Positions 9,865-18,800 of a stretch of 62,536 nt of DNA are shown here, one piece after another. Made by a program: the position numbers and the translations under genes. The notes below the pieces were generated by a model, which saw only the letters and a program-made list of their open reading frames with translations, was not told where the DNA came from and did not search any database. Position 1 is the first letter of the stretch. Every line of letters begins with the position of its first letter. The DNA is from a virus (taxonomy: Duplodnaviria > Caudoviricetes), in the IMG/VR virus record IMGVR_UViG_3300017991_000116, positions 1 to 62,536 of that record; one strand, given 5' to 3'.

Positions 9865-11931
9865 TCACAGAGAGCTGGGGTTCCAGCCGCCTCCCCAATC
9901 ACCGTCGTCTCCCCCCATGTTTCCCGTGAGGAAGGGCATCGGGGCTCTTCCACCCATAGCAGACACCGAGGGAAAGTACCTCTGATCTGGGGCACCGCCG
10001 CCTTGGTTTGCCATCGATGCTTGCACGTGTTCCTCCATCCAGACGTCTGGATGGTACGACAACCCCGGCATCATGGGTAGGGGCATCGACGACTGGCGCT
10101 GCGTTAGAGTGAAGGTGACGCCGGCAAGAGCGTCGGCGACGTCCTTGCTGCCCTTCGGGGGGTGATCGATCTTCTTCTTGACTGCGTCATGCTCGAGCTG
10201 TCGAAGCTCTTTGAAGACGGGAGGGTAGTCGTAGAGGATGACGCGGTCCTCGTAGAAGGCGCTCTTGAGCCCTTCGTACGGGTCCGTCTTCGTGTCCACA
10301 GAGAGATGCTCCGCTCGGTAGCCCTTGCGCTTGAGGTGCTGAAGCGAGTCGACGGACTGCCAGGTGTCCATCGTCACATACGTGACCATGTACCCGTGCT
10401 TGCTCAGTTCGTACACGAGCCGGCGCAGGTCACCGAGAACGATTTCGTCACCGATCGGCGGGACGACTTGAAGGATGAAGTCCACGAAGAACACGGGGGC
10501 GCGCTCCTGGTAAACCTCACCGTCATCCGTACGCCGCACGACGTCGCGCCAGTCGAAGATGTGCGCCATGCACACGCCCACGGCGTCCTTGCGGTAGGCG
10601 GGGTCGATGTGGACGTGACGAGGAGCCTGGGGGTTGATGATGGGGCGTAGGGTCTCGTGCACGCTGCCCGAGAAGTCCTTCTCCATGGTCGGCTGGACCA
10701 TCCGGTCCCAGAGGAAGACGCCAGGCTTGGAGGGGTCGTAGACCTCGACGCTGAAGGGGTGCTTGTGCTTGGGGGTCCAGATGAGCTTCTCACGTCGCTG
10801 GATGAACGGGCTGATCGCCACGGTGGCAACACCCGCGATGTCGCGGATGGAGCCCTCGAGGTCGTTCTCGAAATCGACCCGGAAGTCCTCGGGCACGTCG
10901 ATGAGCGTGACGCCATCCGGAAGACTGGACTTGATCTTGTGAGCTTCGCCAGCATCGAGGATGCGGCTCGGGATCTGGTCGTTGCCGCACACCACTTCGA
11001 AGGTCTTGTCGCTGTAGAGCGATCCAGGCTTCACGTCCCAGAGCGCGTAGTCCCGAACGAAGACGGTAGGGTCGTTCCGGGACTCTCGGATGCGTCGGGC
11101 CGTGAAGTCGTCGCTGGTCTTCTTCGACGAGACGAGAAACAGCTTGCCGGGCAGACGTCCCTTGCGTTCGAAACGTGACTTCATCCGGCGCTTCATGCCG
11201 GCGTAGAGGGTCTCGGCATGGTCGAGCGCGCCGAACCGAGCGTCCTGCTTGCCCTTCTGCATGAAGTTCGTCTCGTCAAGCAGTCCCGAGATGACGTTCA
11301 AGCCGAGCACGGAGGTGTCGGTCGTCGCTCGAGCGGCGAGCCAGACGTTGTGAGGAAAGCGAAACTCCTTCTTCGTCTCCTTGAACGGGAAGTGCTCTTG
11401 GAAGTAGGGACTCGCCTTGAGCTTCGTCGCGATGTTCTCGAACGCGACCTTCATGGCGAGCGTCTCGTTGACCGAGAGACAGACGACGGAGATGTTCGAG
11501 TCAGAAGCCAAGCCGAAGGACCGGTGAGGGTCCTTCAGGCACGAGATCTCGTACAGGATGCGTGCCACCGCAACGGAAGCTACGAAGGTCTTGCCGTAGC
11601 CGATGCTGCCCGTCCAGATGGCTTCCTGGTAGTCCCCCGATTCGAAGAGCTCGATCAGGTCTGCGAGGTGTTGGTCGTACAAGGCGTCGCATGTGTTGCC
11701 CAGGAAGTACTCGTCCTTCACGAAGGTGTGGATGTCCACGGGCGGCGTCTCGTACTCAGCCTCTCGAATCATGTCGATGAGGGAGTGATCGCCCGAACCC
11801 ATGTCCGCGAGCATCATCTCGAGCACCTTCCGCTCCTCGGGAGTCAGGTTCTCGAGCTCCTTCTGAAGAAACTCCTCGTCCTCCTCGGCCGTGCGCGTGC
11901 TTGCCGCCCTGCCGTTCTGGTCAACAATCAT
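9865..11931 (-). CDS. terL: Terminase large subunit
   Basis: Walker A GSIGYGKT, Walker B GLLDE, nuclease HIDPA and KIDHPPKGSKDVADA. Confidence 0.92.
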   Translation of the reverse strand: MIVDQNGRAASTRTAEEDEEFLQKELENLTPEERKVLEMMLADMGSGDHSLIDMIREAEYETPPVDIHTFVKDEYFLGNTCDALYDQHLADLIELFESGDYQEAIWTGSIGYGKTFVASVAVARILYEISCLKDPHRSFGLASDSNISVVCLSVNETLAMKVAFENIATKLKASPYFQEHFPFKETKKEFRFPHNVWLAARATTDTSVLGLNVISGLLDETNFMQKGKQDARFGALDHAETLYAGMKRRMKSRFERKGRLPGKLFLVSSKKTSDDFTARRIRESRNDPTVFVRDYALWDVKPGSLYSDKTFEVVCGNDQIPSRILDAGEAHKIKSSLPDGVTLIDVPEDFRVDFENDLEGSIRDIAGVATVAISPFIQRREKLIWTPKHKHPFSVEVYDPSKPGVFLWDRMVQPTMEKDFSGSVHETLRPIINPQAPRHVHIDPAYRKDAVGVCMAHIFDWRDVVRRTDDGEVYQERAPVFFVDFILQVVPPIGDEIVLGDLRRLVYELSKHGYMVTYVTMDTWQSVDSLQHLKRKGYRAEHLSVDTKTDPYEGLKSAFYEDRVILYDYPPVFKELRQLEHDAVKKKIDHPPKGSKDVADALAGVTFTLTQRQSSMPLPMMPGLSYHPDVWMEEHVQASMANQGGGAPDQRYFPSVSAMGGRAPMPFLTGNMGGDDGDWGGGWNPSSL

Positions 11932-12680
11932 CCAGTCTTCTCCAGCGGGGGTTCCTCGGCCTCGGAGTCAGGCTTGACTTCTACCCCCTCGGTGTCGATC
12001 GGAAGTTCCTTGGCGCCTTGCTTGAGCAGCTTGTTGGCCGCACTGAGGAGACGTTGCCGAGACTCGGGGTTGGCAAGGACGACAGCAACCTGCGGAGCCG
12101 CGCCCTGGCTCTCGACCTTGGCGACGAGCTCGGCGTTCACGTCGAGCCGACCGATCTTCCTGCTGTTGACTCCCAGGTCCATCTTGAGCTCGGCGATGGT
12201 GCTCAAGATCTCTCGAGCCGTCCGGATTTCCTGCGTCATCGAGGGGAAGAGTTTTCCGATCGCCCTCTCGGTCTTCATCTCGAGGCCGATCCGATCCATC
12301 TGAAGCATGTACAGTCGCTCGAGCTCCGACAGTTCGTCGAGAGACTCGTCCACCTGCTCGGCCGCGTGGATGAACTTCCTCGGAATCTGATCTCGGATGA
12401 GCTGCGCAGGTGGGATGGAGTCACGGTACTTCCGGAGCATCGACGTGAGCCCCTCCCGCGACGCCTCGGTGTACTCCTTGCGCTCCTCTTGGACCCACTC
12501 CGCGACCTTCGAGACAGGCCAGCCCTCGAGGATGTGCTGGTGCACCTCGTCGAAACACTTCAGGGAGCGGAGCTTGACGAAGCGGTGCTCGCGATCGGAA
12601 GGCTTGATCACGTGCGCCGGCTTGCGCTGCTTCTTTTTCTTCTTCTTGGGGGTCTGCACGACCGTGCTCACGTCCGACAT
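11928..12680 (-). CDS. Putative terminase small subunit
   Basis: Directly upstream of TerL with ATGA overlap; HTH-like N-terminus plus helical oligomerisation region. Confidence 0.6.
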   Translation of the reverse strand: MSDVSTVVQTPKKKKKKQRKPAHVIKPSDREHRFVKLRSLKCFDEVHQHILEGWPVSKVAEWVQEERKEYTEASREGLTSMLRKYRDSIPPAQLIRDQIPRKFIHAAEQVDESLDELSELERLYMLQMDRIGLEMKTERAIGKLFPSMTQEIRTAREILSTIAELKMDLGVNSRKIGRLDVNAELVAKVESQGAAPQVAVVLANPESRQRLLSAANKLLKQGAKELPIDTEGVEVKPDSEAEEPPLEKTG

Positions 12681-12686
12681 GCTTTC

Positions 12687-12715
12687 AGTCTAACGCGATC
12701 GGTCGCGATTGTCAG
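12687..12715 (-). promoter_or_regulatory. Sigma70-like promoter, leaderless start of terS
   Basis: CTGACA-17-TAGACT, ATG 6 nt after the -10. Confidence 0.6.
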
Positions 12716-14460
12716 TGCGCTGCCCAGGACGTGCCGATGTCGGGCTCGGCCAGAATGGGCACGGACTTGATCAGAGGTTGGATGCCGTTGACCATCGCGC
12801 CCTTCACGTCCTCGGCGACGGCTGCCACGAGCTCGGGGTCGTCTTCCGTGTCCGTGACGATCTCGTCGTGAACCATGTGGACCATCTTCGCGGCGCCGTT
12901 GTACTTCTTGAGAGCGTAGTACGTGTTGCGCAAAGCCGCCTTCAGGCCGTCCGCTCCGGTGCCTTGGACTGGCGTGTTGAAGATCTCACCATGAGCCTTC
13001 TCGGGGTCGAGGTAGCGAAGCCGTCCGGAGAGCGTGCGCACGCAGGGGTTGCGACGGAAGTCACGGAGAGCTCGGTCGTGCCAAGCCTTCACGCCCGCGT
13101 ACCCTTCGAAGTAGCGCTTGATGAACTTCTTGGCTTGCCCGAGCGTGATGCTCACGCCGTAGTTCGACTGCGAGTAGATGACGAGTCGCTCGGCGCCGAG
13201 CCCGTAGATGAGCCCGAAGTTGACCGGCTTCGCCGCCTGCCGCTGCTGCTTCGTGACCTCCTCGATCGGAACACCCGACACGATGGAGGCTGTGCGTCGA
13301 TGCGCGTCCTCCCCGTTCAGGTAGATGGACCTGAAGAGGGAGTCGCCCGAAATCTCGGCCGTGATGCGGAGCTCGACCTGGGAGAAGTCGACCACCACGA
13401 TCTTGCGGCCTGGACCAGCCCAGAAGCAATCGCGGTAGTCGTTACCCCTTGGGATCTGTTGGAGGTTCGGCTTGCTGCTCGAGTACCTTCCTGCGCCCGT
13501 GAGGGGCCAGAAATCGGTGTGCACCCGCCCGGTGCTCTTGTCGATGTGCTCGAGGAACTGCTCGCCGAAGGCACTCAGCTTCTTGGACACCTTGCGGTAT
13601 GCCATGAAGGTCGGGATGGCCGGGTGCTTGTGCGCGATCATGGCGAAGGTATCTTCGCGCGTGTCCTCGAGCTCGATGCCCAGTCGCGCGAACGCTGCCT
13701 TCACCTGAACCGGCGAGTTGTAGTTGAAGCCTGCCGAGATGCCCGGCAGCGACAGCATCCCCTTGGGGTGGGGCAGTTCGTAGTCGAGCTTCTTCCGCAG
13801 TTCGATGTGCTTCTCTCGGTTCTGCTCAACGAGTCGCATCCACCGGGTCTTGTCGAGCCGGAAGCCGTTGAGCTCGATGCTCGCCTCTCCGATGATGGCA
13901 CCGAACTCGATGAGCGCGGCCCTCAAGAGCCCCGCCTTCGCGAGCTTCTCCTTGAGCCTGTCGCGCAACACGAGGAGGTGCATGACGTCCTCGGCCGCGT
14001 ACCGGAGCTGCTCCTCGGTCAGGGGCCCCTTCCAGTTCGACTCGCCCGCGTCGGGGACCTCCGGACTGATCTTCAGTTCGCGGCGGTAGAGGTCGTACAG
14101 GTTGTGCCCGAGGTTCTTGCCGTTGTGGTACATCGCCGACGCACGGAAGGTGTCGAACAGGGGCCACAGTTCCAGACCGAACTTGTGCAGGAACCACTTC
14201 TGTTCGAACTTCGCGTTCTGGATGACCTTGACGACGCCTTCGTTCGATAGGGCGTCGCAAACCGGTCCCAACGTCCCCGTCTGGAACAGGTCGATGACGT
14301 AGATACCCTTGCCCGTGTTTAGCTGGACGAGTCGGATCTGACCGTGGTGGGGGGAGAGGGAGGTCGTCTCGATGTCGAGAGCGACGGCTGGTGCCTGAAC
14401 GAGCTCGTTGGCGATGTGCCCGAGTCGTTCAGGGTTGGTGACCAGTTCGTACTCGATCAT
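12712..14460 (-). CDS. polA: DNA polymerase family A with 3'-5' exonuclease
   Basis: ExoI DIET, ExoIII YAAED, motif A DFSQVELR, motif B RQAAKPVNFGLIYG, motif C VHDE; no 5'-3' exonuclease domain. Confidence 0.96.
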   Translation of the reverse strand: MIEYELVTNPERLGHIANELVQAPAVALDIETTSLSPHHGQIRLVQLNTGKGIYVIDLFQTGTLGPVCDALSNEGVVKVIQNAKFEQKWFLHKFGLELWPLFDTFRASAMYHNGKNLGHNLYDLYRRELKISPEVPDAGESNWKGPLTEEQLRYAAEDVMHLLVLRDRLKEKLAKAGLLRAALIEFGAIIGEASIELNGFRLDKTRWMRLVEQNREKHIELRKKLDYELPHPKGMLSLPGISAGFNYNSPVQVKAAFARLGIELEDTREDTFAMIAHKHPAIPTFMAYRKVSKKLSAFGEQFLEHIDKSTGRVHTDFWPLTGAGRYSSSKPNLQQIPRGNDYRDCFWAGPGRKIVVVDFSQVELRITAEISGDSLFRSIYLNGEDAHRRTASIVSGVPIEEVTKQQRQAAKPVNFGLIYGLGAERLVIYSQSNYGVSITLGQAKKFIKRYFEGYAGVKAWHDRALRDFRRNPCVRTLSGRLRYLDPEKAHGEIFNTPVQGTGADGLKAALRNTYYALKKYNGAAKMVHMVHDEIVTDTEDDPELVAAVAEDVKGAMVNGIQPLIKSVPILAEPDIGTSWAAH

Positions 14461-15323
14461 GAAGCCGCAAGCACCTTCTGACCGGCCTTGCTCAGCTTGT
14501 AGGAGCCTCGCTCGAGCTTCAGGACCAAGTCCCCTCGGGTCAGGCGCCGGAAGGCGTTACGGACCCAACTGTTGGCCTGCGCGGCAGGCTTGTTCGGGAA
14601 GGCGTCCCCTGCCACCTCCGCGATGGTCCGAGCACCCTTGCCGTGGTTGAGTGCCCCGAGCACCTTCATCTCCTTGGCGTTCGGAGCCTTCTTGCTGAAG
14701 TCTACCGGGGGACCGTTCTGACCCATCTTCGACTTGGGGGCGTCGACAGGCTTCGGCGCAGCAGTCTTCTTCGCAGGCTTCGGCGCGGCCTTGACCGGCT
14801 TCGCGGCAGCCTTCTTGACGGCCTTCTTCGGAGCCTTCTTGACTGCCTTCGGCGCGGCCTTCTTCGGCGCTTTCGCAACAGCCTTCTTCGCCGTCGCCTT
14901 CTTGGTGGCCTTCTTCGCCGCCTTCTTCTTCGGCTTCGCCATGCCCTCTCCCTCGTCTTGGGGCACCGAATCCTTCGCCAGAACGAGATCCTCAGAACCC
15001 TCAACCTCCGTGTCCTTCACCGGGGGCTTGGGGCCCTTCACGGAGTAGTCCGTTTTGCCGTCGTCGTTCGGCACCTCGATGAGAGCGAGGACTTCGAACG
15101 TCTTGGCGTCCATGAGCTGCACGGTGGGCGGTTGCCCTGGCAGCGCCTTGCGGAAAGAACGACCGTAGGTCTTCGCGCCTTCCTCGGTCTTGATCAGCTT
15201 GTGCGTCTTGTCGTGGTAGTGCTGGACCAGTTCGATGGATACTTCGCGGTACAACCCACGATCGATGGCCTCGGCCACCTTCTTGGCAGTCTTTCGAATC
15301 ACTGGGGCCTCCAACCTAGCCAC
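14457..15323 (-). CDS. Histone H1-like (Lys/Ala/Pro) protein with C-terminal winged helix
   Basis: KKAAKKATKKA... repeats followed by a wHTH-like segment (RTIAEVAGDAF...SWVRNAFRRL...RGSYKL). Confidence 0.7.
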   Translation of the reverse strand: MARLEAPVIRKTAKKVAEAIDRGLYREVSIELVQHYHDKTHKLIKTEEGAKTYGRSFRKALPGQPPTVQLMDAKTFEVLALIEVPNDDGKTDYSVKGPKPPVKDTEVEGSEDLVLAKDSVPQDEGEGMAKPKKKAAKKATKKATAKKAVAKAPKKAAPKAVKKAPKKAVKKAAAKPVKAAPKPAKKTAAPKPVDAPKSKMGQNGPPVDFSKKAPNAKEMKVLGALNHGKGARTIAEVAGDAFPNKPAAQANSWVRNAFRRLTRGDLVLKLERGSYKLSKAGQKVLAAS

Positions 15324-15366
15324 CCCGACCAGGCGTTCGGGTGTCGTTCCTTCTTACCTCACAACT

Positions 15367-15395
15367 AAGGTAACTCTCCGAAGATCAGTCGTCAA
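15367..15395 (-). promoter_or_regulatory. Sigma70-like promoter
   Basis: TTGACG-17-TACCTT in intergenic gap. Confidence 0.55.
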
Positions 15396-15410
15396 CCTAA
15401 ATCGACCTGA

Positions 15411-15818
15411 TCAGGTTTCGGGGTCTTCGACCCAGCCGTCTGGCATGAATTCGTTGATGTAGAAGTTGACAAGGTCGGCTTCTGTCTTGAGTTGCTTGCT
15501 CAGATCTCCGTACCCCAAGACGTGCCCGCGCACCCCGAGCTGCTGCCAGTATTCGAAAGTCACCTTCCGGAAACGAGCAGTCGCGGGGGCTTCGGGGTCC
15601 GTGAACTTGACCGTTATCAGGCCGTCCTTCTCGGACTCGATTTTGCCTTGCTGGCTACCTCCGCCGAAGCCGAGACCGGTGGTGAAAATCCACTCTATGA
15701 AGTTCCGCGTTCCGTCCGGCGTCTTCCGGGCGACCTCGCGCACGCCGAGTACGAGCTGCACGTCACCCTTGTTCCCCATGTCGAACGCGTAGAGCTGTCG
15801 GAATACGAAGGGCATCAA
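15411..15818 (-). CDS. Hypothetical protein
   Basis: Coupled to upstream giant ORF, GAGGTGG RBS. Confidence 0.6.
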   Translation of the reverse strand: MMPFVFRQLYAFDMGNKGDVQLVLGVREVARKTPDGTRNFIEWIFTTGLGFGGGSQQGKIESEKDGLITVKFTDPEAPATARFRKVTFEYWQQLGVRGHVLGYGDLSKQLKTEADLVNFYINEFMPDGWVEDPET

Positions 15819-18800
15819 TCCACCTCTGTCGGCTGCACATACTTCTCGTAGACTTCCCCAGCGTTGTTCGCAACGACGACGAAGTCCTCGACAGGAACGC
15901 CGTTGACCTCGTGCATCCCTGCTTCCTTCAGCTTCTTGATCATCGCGGCCCGCTTGTGTTCCGACTGGGTAGTCACGCGAAGAATCTGCTGCTGCCTGAT
16001 TCCTCGACGGAAACCGATCTCGTGACTCGAGTGGTAGGAACTGGCCTGCCGCTCGGCCGCTCGATCGATCGTGTCACGAGCCTGGTAGACAGGGCCATGG
16101 GAACTGGAACCTGGGTTGGTGCAACCGTAGTGGTCACCGAAGTGCAGGTAGGAGTCGAGCCGGTCGAGCTCGTCGGTGGAAACGATGAGCTGGCACTCCT
16201 TGGCAAACGAGTGACTGTTCAAAGAGTGCCCGAGCCCGGATTCCGTCATCATGTACCCGAGCACGTTGTCGCCTGAACCGGTGCCCACATCGGCCGTTTC
16301 CGACACGCCGATCCCTCGAGGAATTCCTCGAGCATCGCGCTCGCCGATTCCCATCGGACCATTTTGGAGCATCGACACAATAAGGTTGGGGTCGGCACCG
16401 TGGAACACGAACCGGACACCCTTCTCCCGCAGTCGCTTGCCTCGACCCTTCTCGACGCCCGTCGTGTGCCCAGGGAAAGCCTCGACTTCTTCGACGTTCT
16501 CTCCCGACGCCTGTTCGGGAGTCATGCCGGTCGACTCGAGAAGCTTCTGAAGCATCTTTGGGTTCTTCGAATGCTTCGCCATGAGCTTCTTGACCTTGGT
16601 CGGGGTCGTCGCCTTGTCGAGAACGTCGTCTGTCACCCCCATCCGCCTCAGCGCGACCTTCATCCACCCGATCGCAGGCGTGTCCGCAGTCGCAATCGCG
16701 GCCTTCTCTGCCGCCGTGGGCTTCAGTTGCTGCTTCAGTCGCGAGAGAACACCCGACTTGTTCGGGTCCACCTTGCCGTCCACGAGGTCGGCCACCTGTG
16801 GAGCGGACGCCCACAAGAGGCGACGCTGCTTGAGCGCCTGCTTCTCGGCCGGCTTCGGGTTGCGTAGCAGTTCGTCAGCAAGACCCGGCTGGGCTGTGTC
16901 CAAGAGCTCGCGGAGCGCGTCGTCTTCCGTCTGCCCAGGCCGGGGGCGGAGTTTGATGATGACGTGATCCTTGTAGGCGAAGTGGGTGCTCGAGGTGCAC
17001 ATGTGAATCTCGCCCACTTCGGTCTGCAACGAACGGGTCGGGATTCGGCCCATGTTGTAGGAGGAAGAGTGACCGGACTCGTCGGCCCACGAGTCGTCGC
17101 TCGAGTCGAACGACGCTTTCGGGAACACGAACTCGCTCGTGTCCGGAAGAACCAGCTTCTTCGGGAGCGCCTGCGGGCGGATCCGGAAAGAGATCTGCTG
17201 ATAGGTACCCTGCGCGTCCTTGCGGCGCGTCACGCGCATGCCTGAACCGGTCAGACCCGCGCCGTCCGAAGCGTAGCGGCGACCGCCAGCTCCCAGCGTG
17301 GTGCTTCCGACCGTCGCCAAGTCCTGGTTGTTGTCCGTCGCTGGAATGTTCTCGGTGTCGTCGGGGAAGTACCTCGGACGGTCGGGAGTGCTCTTGGCGT
17401 CTCCAGTGGGAGACGGAGGACTGACGACCTCGTCGACCGTGACGGAAGCAGCTTCCCAAGCGTTCTTGTCCACGACGAAGTTCGTGTAGTAGCTACCCAC
17501 GATGGGGTCGTCGAGGTTGTCGGGGTTGATGCCGAGTTGCTCGAACATCTTCTTGACCTTCTCGATCGCAGCGGGGCCTCCACCGTTCTGGACCTTGATC
17601 GTGATCTTGCCTGCTTCGGGTTGCGGGGTACCGGTGGCGGGGTCCTGGTAGGGCGCGGTCTTGATTGTCGTCCCCGCAGCCGCCGCAACCTTCGCCATCA
17701 AAGCCGTAGACTTGTACGTCTTCTTGACGGTCTTCGGAGCCTTCTTGCTGACCTTGCCGGTATCTTCACTCCAACCCGTGTCGAACGTGAAAGTGCCGTC
17801 CTTGCTCCCGGTCTTCTGCCGGTAGAGCTTCGTGAAGAACGCTTCGAAGTCCTTGCGCAGGTCGAGCTTGCGCTTGCGTGCTGCCTTCAGGAACTTAGCC
17901 TGCTCCTCGGGCTTGCCTGGGTAGAGCGCCTCCGCGTAGGGCCGCAGCTTCGCGATGTAGTCCTTCGTCGACATGTTCTCGATGGCCTGGAGACCCTCGA
18001 GCATGTCCATGGGGTCCATGTCGTACTTGCCTTCGACCCAACCCTTCCAGAGCGAGTTGTAGATCGGAGGCTGGCCGACGTGGTTCGGATCGTAGTCGAG
18101 GGAGAGCGTGTCTCCGGGGAAGAACCGGAAGCCCTGTTCCTTGTCCACACCGATGATCTGCCCGTTCGCAGCTCGGATGAACTGACCCCCGTGACTGTCG
18201 TGCTGGGAACCGAGCCAGTCGAGAAGATGCTCTCGAGCGAGCGTCTGCCGGTCCTCGTCCGAAAGACTCTCGACGGAAGCGTGACCCAAGTCGGGTTGCT
18301 TGGGATCCCGGTCGACCATGGGCTGCAACGTGCCCAGCTTCCCGCCGAGCGTCATGACTCCCACGGGAACAGGGTACTCACCGCCGTGCACGATCTGGGC
18401 AATCTCCGCGTACGCCTGCTGAACGGCAGCCGCGAAGGGCTTGGACTGGGAGCCGCCCTTGGTCTGCGCGACCTTGAAGAGCCACTTGTTGCCGTCCTTG
18501 TCCACGTAGATGCGCTTGTCACCTGCACCGCCGAGGAAGTTGCCGCTGCCCACGAGGGAGAGCTCCTCGGGCTTCGGGATGCCGGCCGGTGGCTTGATCT
18601 TCTCGACCGCCTTCTTGGAAGGAGTCGCCACGGGCTCTTCGGGAACTCCCGGCGCAGCCGGTGGCAAGTCCTCGACCGCAGCCGCACTCGGGGTGACGGC
18701 CACGTCCTTCTCCGCTTGAGCCTGCTTGACGAACTTCTTCAGTTCCTTGATCTTCTTCGGAGACGTGGTGGTCGGCGACTCCTCGTGCGCCTTGATCAGA

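Noticed and set aside
9865-14460. Inteins or introns in terminase or polymerase
   Set aside because: Lengths and motif spacing are ordinary; no splice-junction motifs were seen.
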